A stretch of DNA of 63,071 bases from Hydrolagus affinis (taxonomy: Eukaryota): the NCBI GenBank assembly GCA_012026655.1, contig JAAILG010000006.1:186001-249071 (forward strand), written 5' to 3'. A program made the translations under genes and the position numbers. Below, piece by piece: positions 1 through 12,850 of the stretch (its first letter is position 1; each line of letters opens with the position of its first letter). The notes beneath the pieces are model-generated. The model made no database searches. It was not told the DNA's origin and saw only the letters and a program-made list of their open reading frames with translations.

Positions 1-59
1 ATCAATCACCACACAACACCCCCTTTCTAACTATCTTTCAATCCCACCTGAAGAATTAT

Positions 60-128
60 CTACAATTTTGACCATGTAGTCATCTACCCTGCGTGAAGGG
101 TGCTGTAAAATGCAAGTTGCCATTGTTG
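60..128 (+). mobile_element. Degraded L2 LINE 3' end
   Basis: gcgtgaagggtgctgtaaaatgcaagttgccattgttg resembles the L2 terminus gacgtgaaaggcgctctataaatgtaatttgttgttg seen intact at 31735-31827. Confidence 0.5.
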
Positions 129-460
129 AAGCATCCTCTATAAGTTTTTTTCCCCCCGCTATGCTTATTTATACCTGTTGCATAATTATGCTTCTAACTT
201 TGCCATGAAACAGAAATGAATGCTAAGTGTACACATGGTAAATCTTCAAACATTAATGTTAATATTTGTTTACTATAAAATTTATTGTTGGCATTTTTCT
301 ATCCAGGTGTTTTAAAGATGTGCGATACAGAATATGGAAAGGAATCTCCCGCAGCTATCAGGTGGTGTTTAATGCTGGAGAATCATCTTATATTTCACAG
401 AGATATAATATGTTAATATTGTACTGCATTGATTTTCATTTGAAAATCCATGAAAGGTAT

Positions 461-922
461 TAGCTTGGCTCCATTGGTATCACTCCCACATCTGACTCAG
501 AAGTTTGATGTTTCATGGCCCACATCAGTACTTTGATCTCAAAATCAAGGCTGACACTTCAATAGAGTGCTAGGATTGTTGGAAGTGCAGTCCTTTGGAT
601 GAGATACAAAACCAAAGTTGTGTTCAAGTGCATGTTAAAGATCCCATGGCATTAGCTGAGAAGAGAAGGGAGTTCCTCTCGGTGACCTGGCCAACAATCC
701 CCCAGATAAAATTGATCAAAAACAATAATAAATTGGTCATTTTCTATCCACGTCTGTTTGTGGAACACTACTGTGCGTCATTGGCTGCCGCATTTCGCCC
801 ACATATATAGTCAACTCACTTTACATAGGCCAAGAGCTATTCTGTGAAGCTCTTTGAGACATCTGGAAGACATGAAAAGCGCGATATCAAATGCAAGGAA
901 TAGTATTATTGTCATCATTATT
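461..922 (+). mobile_element. tRNA-derived SINE with Deu-like domain (SacSINE1/DeuSINE-like, family A), near full length
   Basis: Degenerate A-box head (tggctccattggta), central gttaaagatcccatggca...ctcggtgacctggccaacaatccc, 3' ctgtgaagctctttgagacatc...atatcaaatgcaagg plus (att)n-like tail; many homologous copies in the window. Confidence 0.85.
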
Positions 923-926
923 CTGT

Positions 927-1095
927 TCTTAGCTGTTTGTGGAATAGAGCTATGTACAAATTGTCTGCCATACATGCCTACAAAATTCACAGCCACTACA
1001 TTTTACACTTATAGCAAATTTCATTTTTCAGCTTTGAGACACCATACCTACATAAAAAGGACTCTATTAGATGCCTGGATTGTTATCATTATTAT
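927..1095 (+). mobile_element. SINE 3' half, tandem to the preceding SINE
   Basis: gctgtttgtggaa...caaattg...ctttgagac...ggattgttatcattatt repeats the 3' half of 461-922. Confidence 0.65.
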
Positions 1096-3515
1096 ATAAC
1101 ACGGTGCATTAGACTTGTGTCTAAGGGGAAATCATTTTGAAAATTGACACATTACACGGAAAAGCAAATCCACACTATATTTTATGTGAAGTACAGTAGC
1201 TTCTTGAACCAAATGATTAGCAATCTAGTAATATACTGGATCAAATGATGCAAGTTGATCTATTTAACTACCTGGAAATGAACATCTTGACCTTAAATAC
1301 AGACACATGCTGTTGATCTGTAGGAAAGCTGGAGTGTAAATGTTACTTCCAGAAGTCAAACTTCAAAGATATTTAATAGAAGATTTTCAAATCAAGAAAC
1401 GCTAAAGTAAAATTCAACAATAAAAAAATGTTCTGAATGTACGTGGTATGTTCTGCTGCCCACAAATTAATGGTCAATGTTATCAAATTCATGTCATTGT
1501 ATCCATTTGGACAAACAATGCAGGCCAGATTGAGGTCCCATATAAGGAATGGACTGAACTCTGTCCCTGGAAGTCCCTCTTTACCTAATTGTAATTGTGT
1601 AGAGTATTTGACACAGGCTGTTGAGGATTGCAGAGTGTGGACAATAATAATAATAAAAATACAATAGAGGTGACAGATAAAAAAAACTTAGCAATTCCAA
1701 GAACAAATCAAAAGCGTTACTGTATTTGGGAGGGTTGGATTTCGAAGGCCTTTGACCTTTGAAAGTGGCTTAACTCTCTGGAATTGGAATGCAGATCATA
1801 TTAAAATGTTGATCTAACCTAACTGTGAAAGAGGTGATGCGGTAGACAGGAGATAATCCACCTTGTGCGATGACAAGGAGTCTGTATCATAGGAGTTAAT
1901 AACATGGCAATTAGAATGCTTCAGAAATCGCAGAAATCAGAAATCACAGAAAGCTCTATTATTTTGCACAAAGGTTTGTTAGCACTTGTCTCCTGAGCAG
2001 TAGAAACAAAAGAATCCACCTTGGCATGGTAATCAGGCTATTTTTAAATTGGCCCAAGTAAGGTTAAAGAATTGATGTTTGGAATTTGACATTGAATTGC
2101 TCCCAATTATAAACTTAGGTCATAATTGCCCTGGTTGAATGCATTACCACTGTTCATTAGTGCCAATTTTAAATTGTGTTAAGTATGTGATGTGCAGATT
2201 AAATGCTTAAAACATGTTCCTAAAGGTATTCAATCCATCCAACTACTTCTGCACAGAACTCGATCTAGGACCTGTGAGCAATTTTTGTTCTAATGGAGAA
2301 TATTTTAGAATCAGTGGCAATTTTGGTGAGAGGCTGATTCATGTGCTTCTTTTAAAATTCATATTTGTCCTGGTATTATAATCCAAACTTTACCACTCAA
2401 GTAGGGTATTTGAGATCTAATTTGTAATGTTTTCTTCAGAGAGTTTTGAAATAAGAAATCCGATTAGCATTCATTCGCATTGGGAAATGCATTCAAGAAA
2501 TAGACTACATTTTGATGCAAGTTAATGTGGCACACATCTGTCTTGGGTCTCCATTGACCTGATTGGCATGATTCCTTGCTAAAGACTCTCTTTAAAAATA
2601 CTACGACTTGAATCCAAATTGACTCTTGCAACAGTGGGATAGATCTGTCTCTCATTGCTACTCGAGATCTGTTGAATTCTGTAACTGTAATATTTCAGTC
2701 GCTACCACTTACAATTAAAATTAAATGTACATTTAATTGAAGCGTGAAATGTAGACAGATCACTTTAGTGCATGAAATACTAAATAATATTCTACATGGC
2801 AGATATCCGCATTGTGAATATCTTAAGTAAATCATTCTTACAAATATTTATACTGTCAGGCTTGATGTATCTTTAATATTAGTTCTTCCACCCCAATTGA
2901 ATGCTTTCCTCAGACCAAAACTAGTTACAGTTGGTACCATATGAAGATGTCCAAGAGTTGTCATTAATTTTCAGTTTGGTTTAGATACTCTTAACTTGGT
3001 GATGAGTTTCCGCATGTGTCAGACACCCAGCTCATGAAAAAAAAACATTGACGGTTATGCACAGTGAGCACTATGATATGTTGAGGAAAAGTTACATTAA
3101 AACATTTCACCAAGTATGCTTGTAGGCTCAAGGCAATTCGAATGATATTAGTTTACACTGACTTGTAACATACAAGAACAAATGCAATAACCATACTCTC
3201 CGTTGACCTCATAATTTGCAGGATAGTTTTGCTTTGAAGATTTTTTTTATTGTGAACAGACATGTTCCTCAAGACAGTGGACTATTTTTACTTAATCAAT
3301 ATCAAAACTCCTATCTGGCTAACAATTCTCCAGATTATTTGATTCTTCACATCATGGGTGTCTGTATGTCACTGAAGTATGCAAAAATGGCTGCCATGTT
3401 TGTAACATGAAAGGCACTGTACAGAAGTAATTTTGTGGTTGTCGTTGTTGTCTAGAAAAAACTGTTGATGCACTTGACAATAATTACCTGCAAAGTGCTT
3501 TTGAATCATTTATAT

Positions 3516-3790
3516 AATAATAATTCTTACAATTAATACAGCATCCTACATTTCAGGGAGAAGTTTCAAAGTGCTTCATATGATTTACTGCAAATTGCAG
3601 CAACTGTCTATCATGTAGGCAAATTCAGCACCCAATTTGCTCAGAGCAATTTCCGACAGATAGTTCTGAAGTGTCATGGAATCTTTCATGTCCACCTGAA
3701 CAGGCACTAAGGTTTAATGCCTCATTTCGACCATGCAGTGCATCCTCAGCACTGGACAGCCTAGACTGTAAGATCAAAGGATTAGTATGA
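3516..3790 (-). mobile_element. Family A SINE, internally deleted
   Basis: aataataa tail, tcaaagtgcttca, and gtcatggaatctttcatgtccacctgaacaggc (reverse complement of the Deu-like core). Confidence 0.7.
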
Positions 3791-5073
3791 GGCTATCAAT
3801 AGAGACAGGCTGTCAGGTACCAAGCAAATCAATCTGATAAGTTGCTATAAACATTGCAATTTCTTGGTTTCTTTATCACTGTCTCTTAATATTGCAATTC
3901 ATTCCCTGGGAGAAATCTTTATCTTGCTCAGTCATGCAATCTCTTTACAATCCACAAGCTTTTAAAAAGCAAGCTTCACACTGTCTCAATGCAGTACTGC
4001 TTCTTGATCTATTCACCCTGTAACTCTACTCTTGTCAACCTTAGTTGGAGTTCCTCCATTGTCTTGGTTCTTCACTTTAACTGTCCCAAAATTTTCCATC
4101 AAATTCCTAATATTTCCCGTTTTGGGGAAGAACACGGAGCAAACTGTAGAAAATGTTAATTTATGTTGCCTTGGTTTTAACGTTTATTACACCACTAAAT
4201 TTACTGTCATGATGAGGTATGTGTAGCTCAATCAGGGCGTGAATAGAGATTATGCTTTTAGCTAAAATTTGCCTAACTCGTCGGCAGAGGATCGATCATC
4301 AAAATGTGTCAGTGCCGTCTCGCACTCTGCTCCCGTTTAAATATTAAGACAATTTCGTCATTGGAAAGATTGATCATTCACATGAAAAAATCAACCATCA
4401 AATTAATGTGTGAGATGATTATCTCAGCAGCGCGGGACAGTTATTCTCTGTGGATCCGATCACACCACATTTAAGCTGCTGCTTGCAATTGAAGATAACA
4501 TGGATCATCTTCTAAATTACCAGTTGATGGGAGGTCTCGATGGACTTCATTACTGTGACTTCTAGATCCCTATCGTTGTGGCATCTGTAACCTTGTGGAG
4601 CTCTCACAGAATACCTATTGATCACTAAGAGTAATTAAGAAATAGAATATGGATCTGCCCATTTCTTTAGATTGTTGACATTGCATATTTAGGGGGATAT
4701 CATTTGCCACTCTGATAAAAAAAAGTAGATTTTATTTATTATTCTCTGTATTTAAAAAGTCAGCTTTTTTTTCTCTGAACGATTCTGAAAAATGGAGAGA
4801 ATAGGCTTGTGGAAAAGCAAATTTAACGTTTTTTTCAACAATATATGACTTTTTCAGTTATTCATTTATATTTTCGCCCCTTGATTTGATAGTGATTAAC
4901 ATTCTGCTGTAAGCAAGACTAAACTAGAAGACTGTGACATTGAGCTCTCTTTTGGGGGTGAGGTGGAAATACAAAATACTGTAGTTCACAAAATACAATG
5001 AAAGTTCAAGCAAAGAAGTGCCTTTGGCCCATTTGATATCCACCTGCCTTTCCCACTGCAGCATGAAGGTAAA

Positions 5074-5132
5074 TACAAAACAAAATTACATTTGTATAGC
5101 CTTTCATGTCGGGTGTACGTCCCAAGGTGCTA
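5074..5132 (-). mobile_element. L2 3' end (subfamily A)
   Basis: acaaaattacatttgtatagcctttcatgtcgggtgtacgtcccaaggtgct matches 62707-62780. Confidence 0.7.
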
Positions 5133-6620
5133 AATCAGTCCAGTCTCCTGGCCTCTAACATCCTTCAGCACTTAATTACAATCTGAGTACAGAATTGCTT
5201 AAAGCCATAGTAAAGGCTGCAACTGATTACTGTCAATATGTCTCTGGGACTTGCTATCTTACTCATCTTAGTTCAAATAGGCAAGTCAGTGTTTTTGATG
5301 GAATGTCTCATGCTTATTCACCACTGATCCACACAGATGAGTTGCAATCTGACAAAGTTCGCTTTGTACCCAGTCACTTGCGAAACATGTACCATGATCT
5401 TGAAGTGCACATTGTTTTGCACTATCAAACTCAATACTTGATTAAACTAAAGGACTACGCCCATATAAACTGTGCGTATCTTAGTGACACAGATAACCTC
5501 TTAAGGCAAAATCTTAATTTAAAAACAAAACAAATCAACATCAAGCCGTAATTCAGCAAGTTGACCGGATTCATAAAATAAACAAATCTGAAATTATAGG
5601 GCAGAGCGAGGGAGATTAAAGATCATAGTCCACCAACAGGAGATTTTAAAATGATTTATTCAACTGAATTACTCAAAGGCGTCTGTTGGATTGTAAAGTT
5701 TCTGCTAAGGCTCCTCAGATATGCGAAGTAATTGAGTTATTGGTTAGGTTTTTAAGATGGTTCTCTATCTTGTTAGCTATCCAACTGTAAAAAAAATGTT
5801 GGGCAATACACAATCATACATTTGAAATCATCAATGAGTCCACCAAACTCCAGCAGGAAACCTCAGTTTTATTCCCTTCAGATTCCATGCAGTGAAATTA
5901 ATCTTATTGAAATATCAATGCTTCCCACACTGCTTGATGCAGATTTAAGGGATGTGCATTTTGCCCCCTTTATAGATATGTAACTGCTAAATTTTCAGTT
6001 CAACATCTACTTGCAGCTGGATTCAAACTAAGATTTAAGAAACCTACATTTCCAACATCGAATGCACTAGTGTAACTACAGAATACACACAGGTAACAAA
6101 GAAAATTGGACCTGAGGAAAAAATGATAGGAAGATTTCTGTTTCAAAGAATTAGATCTACTTGTGGGAAGAAATTGGATCTACATTCTTTGAAGATTTCG
6201 ACCCAGATGCTGCGATGAATTGAATATTCCTGTTCATGAGGTGATCCTAAATGAAAGGAAGAATTGCAGCTCTGAAGGCTAATTGAATCCGTTAGAATTC
6301 TTTCGTATAATTTTTCTTAGAGGACATCATTTTTAAATGGAATCCAGAGTAATGTGTTGGTAGTTTGCTGCATGTATTGGAATAAAAAATATAAATTAAA
6401 TCAGAGCCAGGGTTATTAGAGAATAAATGAGCAACCGAGTGTCTAACTGAGCCCATAAAATAGATTTTAAACACATGACTATCCTTAATGTTACCACCAC
6501 CAAGCGCCTCATTCCAAGGGAAGCTTTATTTCCAATCTACAATTCTGCAGCACATCGAATCATAAATATTAAATATGCAATGCTGTACTTTCTAATATAA
6601 TCACACATCATTGCTAGATA

Positions 6621-6652
6621 TGTGTGTGTGTGTGTGTGTGTATGTGTGTGTG
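6621..6652. repeat. (TG)n microsatellite
   Basis: About 16 TG units with one TA interruption. Confidence 0.95.
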
Positions 6653-7027
6653 AGTGATTCCCATATCACACTACATGTTATGTTATGCAGAATAGAATTA
6701 TTAGAAGGATCCAAAAAAATGAATTAATTGGGCAATTACTCTCTGCTGTGAAATGACATTCAGCGGCACTGCTCACAACCGTTATCTGCTACTTATGAAC
6801 AAAAATTGTGGACAGAACCTAGTCTGGCGGCCAGTCTTTCTCTGTGCTTTTGCCAGTTTCATTAACATCAATCTGCTTCTGTTTCTTTCTTCTCCGGGAT
6901 TTCAAACTTGCTTGCTCGGGTTCAGGCCGCAGCTTCCACATCCTGCTGATTGCTGCACTTCCACCTCTGATTCTCCCACACAAACCAGTGTCGTACACGA
7001 GTTAAAACGTGATGCTGTGGAAACGCA

Positions 7028-7458
7028 ATCTGCCTGGCTCAGTTGGTAGCACTTTAGGCTTCGAGTCAGAAGATTGTTCAAAGTCTCACATCGGAACTTT
7101 GAACTCACATTCAAAGCTGATACTCCAATACAGCGTTGGAGGCATCCCACATTATTGGAAGTTCGGTCCATCAAATGAGACCTTAAACTGAGATCCTTTC
7201 TGCCTGTTAAGTTGGTATAAAAGATCCTGTGGTGCCATTTGAAAAGAGATGGGAGTTTCTCCTGATATCCTGGGCAACAATTCCCCAATATTGTCATTCA
7301 CCTCACAGCTGTTTGTTGGACATTGTTGTGTGCAAACCGATTGCTGCATCAAGGAATAATATACACAGTCTCGACTTTACAGTATATCCTGTGAAGTATT
7401 TTTGAGATGACTTTAATGGTGTGATAAGGAAGAATATCTGATGCAAGGATTATTATTA
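7028..7458 (+). mobile_element. Family A SINE, full length
   Basis: A box tggctcagttggtagca, Deu-like core ctgcctgttaagttggtataaaagatcctgtgg...cctgggcaacaattcccc, tail atgcaaggattattatt. Confidence 0.9.
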
Positions 7459-7859
7459 CATTTTTAAAATCTACTCTCATTTAACATTTACTCATTTCCA
7501 GTATATTTAGGGCACCTGTGCAGGGAATTTCTTTCCACTGGGAACCAAACCTGATTTCAGTTCATCTCTCTCTCTGAAGAGTTATACCTTATTTCACTAG
7601 CAGTTGGCACAAACACAAATCATTCACATCCAGCACTGTCATTTATCCAGAATATCTGCTTCAAATCTAATCCAAAAAAATGTTTTTTGATTTGCACGAC
7701 TGGACATTTCTTGGAACACTGGAATAATCCACGAATAATCCATGAAAAAATTGTGTTTTTCACCTCCATTGCTCCACAACGGATTCCTATGGAACTGTTT
7801 GGGGTTAGTCCTGCATGTTGTGATAGGCTTGTGTACAGCACACCGAGCATTATTCATTT

Positions 7860-8203
7860 GTGTTGCAGGAAGCAACTTGTTATTCAGGCTAATATTGTTG
7901 CAATGCGTTGGCAGAGGTGCTATGATAGGATGTTAAACTGAGGTCCTGTCGGCCTGTTCACATGGACATTAACGATCCAATGACTGTATGGCAAAGAGAA
8001 AGTAGTTTTTTCCTGGTGTTCCCGACCAACAATCACCCCAGTTACAAATTGCATTTTGATGCACTTCATGGCTGTTTTGGGGGCATTAACTGCCGCGTTA
8101 ACCTGCAAAATGTAGAGTGACTACATTTCACAACATATCCTGTGATACCCTCCAAACATGAAAGGCGAAAGGTTCTGTAATAAAATGAAAGGTTTATTAT
8201 TAT
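7860..8203 (+). mobile_element. Family A SINE, 5'-degraded
   Basis: gatgttaaactgaggtcctgtcggcctgttcacatggacattaacgatcc...cctggtgttcccgaccaacaatc, ttattattat tail. Confidence 0.75.
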
Positions 8204-8778
8204 ACCGTACCGTTTCATAGATATAATTTCCATGCTACTTGACAATCCATCGTAAAATTATCCAAGAAGCCAAATTGTTTCAATATTGTGATGCTACGAA
8301 TTAGAATCCTACACAAAACAGTCCTGGAGTGCTGAGGAAAGGTTTCTTTTTTATATATGATCTATTACAAATTATAATTTAACTCTTTGAAAGCCTAAGA
8401 AATCATTCAAATCCACAATAGGGAATGTAGGTGGCAGAGGGCATTAAAAATAGGGCTAAGACATCATCCCTCCTTTCTAGCTCAAATTCACATAGAACAT
8501 TCATTTTAGGGATTCCGCGAACAACATGAGGCATGATAGTAATTGTCTACCTGAATAATATACTCCTGTTTCCCCGGGACAATTACCGTGGATATTTATC
8601 CCTCTGTTTTCTTATATCGTCAAAACACAGGGGCTTTCACTTAGTAAAGACAAATTCATTTTTGAATCCAAATACACAGTGATCTCAGAGTTTCCATCTG
8701 GACCTGAATTTAATATTTGGTTTAATTAATCCACTTCAAAAATCCAAGCTGCTCTCTCATACGTACTACAGTATTAGT

Positions 8779-8990
8779 CAACAATAGCAACTTGCACTTA
8801 TATAATGCCCTCCACACCGGGTGGCGTCTCAGAGGGCTTAGTCATGATAATGGTCCATGTAGGGTTTGGGGAGGTCTCAGACCTAGGGCAGGACAAAACT
8901 ATGAAGGGATTTAAATAATGGGACTAAGATTTTAAAAGTCTGCTGGAAGATGGAGAGCCAGAAGAGCCAGGCAGTAACCCGATGGGGAGT
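8779..8990 (-). mobile_element. L2 3' end plus ORF2 C-terminal remnant
   Basis: caacaatagcaacttgcacttatataatgccc tail; minus strand reads FKILVPLFKSLHS...PY, like the L2 motif FKILxLxFKxLHGLAPxYL. Confidence 0.65.
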
Positions 8991-9374
8991 ACCTGAACCT
9001 GTGTTATTCTCAGTGATTCATTTGCGGCCTCCATCCCCATTCAATTCCCGGTCTCCATCCCCACCACACCCACCTCCACATGTTTCATCAAACAAAATGA
9101 CACATATTTCTGTATTTGTGAGGCATTTTACATGTTACCACCTCGGGCTCATGAGTTGGCAGGGAATTTTCATGAAACATCCTCCCCCTCACAGAACGAA
9201 CAGTGGGCTGATTCCCAGAAGATTCTATTCCATGCAGCAATCAATATCTCTTCACCAATTTACCCCACAGACCTTTTACTGACATTCAGGAAAGCCTCAA
9301 GAAGCATTTGATCAACTTTACTTGATGGATGTTCATTCCGCTTCTGGAGATGACAGGGTTAATCAACGACTGGA

Positions 9375-9522
9375 ACAGGAAGGGTGGCCGAGGACACGTC
9401 ACTGGACACATTTAAAAAGCAGCTTGATGAGCTGATGGATGGACAGTACAGCGGGTGTTCTGAAAGGGTGAAATTGGATGGGCTGAAGGGCCTTCATCTG
9501 GTTCAACCTTGCGATCTTCTGA
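9375..9522 (+). mobile_element. CR1 LINE 3' end fragment
   Basis: Encodes VAEDTSLDTFKKQLDELM (CR1 ORF2 C-terminal pattern VExxSxxxFKxxLDxxM), followed by gatgggctgaagggcct 3' UTR motif. Confidence 0.7.
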
Positions 9523-10362
9523 CTCAAGTCAGGTTGGCAAAATCAGCTCTTGGTAGTGTACTGGGCAGCACACTGTGTTTTTTTTTAACAAGCGGTAGAC
9601 CAGACAAACCGCAACCCAGCAAACTCTTTTAGTTCCACATACTGTATGAAGATATTTTTTTCTCTAAAAAAAAATGTTTTGTTTGGCAGTTCACTCGGTA
9701 GCTGATGTAATGCAATAGAACCTTGATCTTCTCAAATTACAATGAACACATGTGAAGCAGAAGAAAGATAGCAATTACAAAGTCATGTTTACTGATGCGC
9801 TTGTCAGGATTCCAATTCATCCCATGCACCGCTGATGCCTTGCCTGTGACTACACCTACCTTTTAATGTCTCTGGGTTTTATTTCCCATATGCCACGGTT
9901 GCTGGGGCTTGCAGCATTTGTTGAGAAGCAGCAGCATTTTGTTTCCTTCATTAGGTTTGCTCATTAGTAGAGTGTCACAGTGCATTAACAACACGGTGGA
10001 GATACACAATCAATCCTTCCAGCAGCACTTACACTGGTTGTGAATCTGTTGCTTAAGCAGCCAGCACAAGCTGCCGTGAAACCTTGAATAATTCCATGTG
10101 AAGGATATTTATTTAAATCTGACAAGTACTGAAACAAACACCATTTTCTAACAGAACTCTAAGGCCTGAAGTTCCATGCATCCTTAGCCTACAAGACAAT
10201 TCTTGTCATGAGATTTTAAAATCACGCAGGGTTGTGGAACATTTTAAATTCCGGCTTTTGTTTGGAAAACAGCTGTTTAAGATGTGCAGAAAACCGGGCT
10301 TCAAATTGAGAATGAATTTCAGAGTTTCTGTATGTTTCTGTATTGATCCTAAAATCTTAATA

Positions 10363-10745
10363 TTAATAATAATAATCCTGGCATTTGATTTAATGCCTCA
10401 TCGTGTCTTTGAGACCTATCAAAGTGCTTGCAGAGTATACTGTTACGTGAATTGACTGCATATTTTGTAAGCGAAACGCAGCAGCCAATTTTACAGAACT
10501 GCATGCTGCAGTGTCCCACGAACAATCATGAATTGACTAACCAAATTATTATAATTTCATTAAAAAATATTGAAGGGATTACCCCGGAAAAGCAATACAC
10601 CAATCAATAAGCAACAGTTTTTTCCTGCTTACTGTCATGTAAATAGAAGTGCCTCACATTGTCTCACATTTCATCCTGTCTGGGAATCAAATCCAGGTTC
10701 TCTCACTTGTGAGGCAAATGCTGTAACTAATATACAGTACTATAG
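10363..10745 (-). mobile_element. Degraded SINE (3' half at 10363-10545, tRNA head at about 10675-10740)
   Basis: aataataataatcctggcatttgat...ctatcaaagtgctt...gcagccaatt; gggaatcaaatccagg is a reverse B-box-like segment. Confidence 0.65.
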
Positions 10746-11654
10746 GAATCCACATGATCTTACAAACTAAGACCGGATGCAATTGCGCATCTCCAGAAAT
10801 TGAAGAAATTGCTACTGATCATAAAGTGTACCAATAAAGATAGAGTCGAAAGGTAATAATAGTACATAAGGCTGGAAACCTTCGTGCAAATAATTCCACC
10901 AATTAAGCCCAATACCATGGGCAAATACTGTATTTTGGATTTCGCTCGCAATGAAGACATTTGCAATTTTAAAGACTGATACCATAATGATGAAATTGAT
11001 TGTAAGAGATTGACAAAGTGCAACACCCATATTTACATATCACACGGCAGGAACTAGGTGACAGTGGGCATTGAATTTCCATCGGAAACACTTTAACTTG
11101 TTTTTCTTCAGGTAGCATTATCACCCGCGATATTTGCAAATCGCACACCGCATATCACATTTTTCTGTAAAGAATGTTCATCAAGATATTATCAGGAATT
11201 TGCTAGTAATGTGTACCTGTGGATTCTCTCGTCTATAAATCACTACACTTCAAATCTATCCCCCATCTCATGAAAACAGTGCTATCTGGTGGCTTAAAGT
11301 ATGAACTGAAACATTGTAAAAACTATTGGTTGCAATGGAGATACTGAAATCTTTCAAAGGGTTAAATGACACTTATAATGGTGGGGTTTCATGCATAGAA
11401 AATCTTGACTATAACCTCATTCAAACAATGTGTGAACAGAGCACAGATCCGTATTGACTGCTCAACAGGAATGGCTGTGTGGAACTGTGAGCCATTTAAA
11501 CAATATTATATTTTGATAATGTTACTGCATTGCGCCATGGGCTGAAAATCTTTACTCGGTTAGCTGTTTGTGAGTGTTATTTTACAGACCTGGTAAGCGC
11601 AGCACCACCTTACCAGCTTGGACTGAATGACGTCCTAGGGCTTTTGTCCATTTT

Positions 11655-11828
11655 TATTTGGATTTCTTGGACTGTCAAAAAAATTGTTGGAACTCGGTTT
11701 CTTTGGGGTGTTGGGTTTTGTCCACAAAACACAGTCAATTCACTTTACCAGATGTTCTGTGAAGTGCTTTGAGATGTCTTAAAGGCGTGATAAGGCCTAT
11801 ATCAATTGCAAAGGTTATTATTATTATT
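11655..11828 (+). mobile_element. SINE 3' half
   Basis: cacagtcaattcactttac...ctgtgaagtgctttgagatgtc...gtgataaggcctatatcaattgcaaaggttattattatt. Confidence 0.75.
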
Positions 11829-12396
11829 GTTACAGTATTATTATTCTTCAATGAAAAGAACTCAACAACAAATTGGTAACACATCCAAGTCTTGTCTTTT
11901 GTGATGTCCATTTCATGGTGTTACTCATTGTAATGGCCGCGGCAAATTCATACCAAGGATCTCTATGCATTTGTCTTCTCGACATCAAGCTCCATAAATA
12001 CAGCATTATAAATTAACTGTAAATAATGAGCACTAACCTACCTGGCTTGGGTGAATGCCAAAAACACTACATTTACACTAAAGCTGGCCGGGATCCAATA
12101 ATTTTATACATGGCTTTGAAATTGTGCAAATCATAATTTAGTGATATTACTGATCCTTGTCAGCCGCAGCCACTGCCCTGTCAAATAAATCAAAAAAACT
12201 GAACCTTCATTTAGCGACATTTACAATGCACCATAATTCACAGGTTTCTGTCTTATCACGCTGTGTTGTTAATCAGATATAACACCGTAGAGAACTTAAC
12301 GCATTGCAAAAGAAAATGTGATTAGCTCATTTTCCAAGGGCCCAAATGATTGTCCTGTGGCAACAATAACTAACCTAGTCATGACCCATGAACCAT

Positions 12397-12715
12397 GAGT
12401 CCTGTAGCTCAGTGGTTAGAGCACTCGCTTTACAAGCGTAAGGCCTGTGTTTCGAATCCAGTCATGTCAGGGCGAAACCTTGGGCAAGTTTCCTTACTCC
12501 ACACGCCGAATAATAATCCCTCCAAAAAAAATCCAATGATAAATTGGTCATTTCAATCCACGACTGTTTGTGGGACATTTGCTGTGCGTAATTGACTGTT
12601 GCGTTTCACCCACACAGATACAGTCAATTCACTTTACATTATCTTCTGTGAAGTGCTTTGGGTTGTCTTAGAAGATGTGAAAAGCGCTACACCAAATGCA
12701 AGGATTATTATTATT
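12397..12715 (+). mobile_element. Short tRNA-derived SINE (family B), full length, about 320 bp
   Basis: A box tagctcagtggttagagca, anticodon-like cgc-tttacaa-gcg, B box ttcgaatcc, then ccttgggcaagtttccttactcc, 3' half shared with family A, (att)n tail. Confidence 0.9.
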
Positions 12716-12850
12716 CAGGGAGAACTGGGAACTTGCTCTAGATACCTTTAGCCAGTCATGCAGTGCTGTGGGCCAGGCTGGATGATGAATTCAGGCCCTG
12801 TGAATGTTTTTAAGTGAATAAGATCAAATGGCTTGTTTTTTATCAATGTA

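Noticed and set aside
1700-2080. Possible highly degraded CR1 (also 18080-18360, 42300-42870, 52430-52570)
   Set aside because: Motifs too eroded to define boundaries or family by eye
4418-4440. 16-bp match attatctcagcagcgc shared with 48049-48064, and RE1/REST-like tcagcagcgcgggacag
   Set aside because: One 16-mer match is near chance expectation in 63 kb; the RE1 half-site and spacing are non-canonical
5195-5551. 118-aa plus-strand ORF
   Set aside because: Non-ATG start, no recognisable homology, no convincing splice boundaries
12397-12470. tRNA-Val/Ala-like gene
   Set aside because: No acceptor stem; it runs into a SINE body repeated at 15597 and 40495
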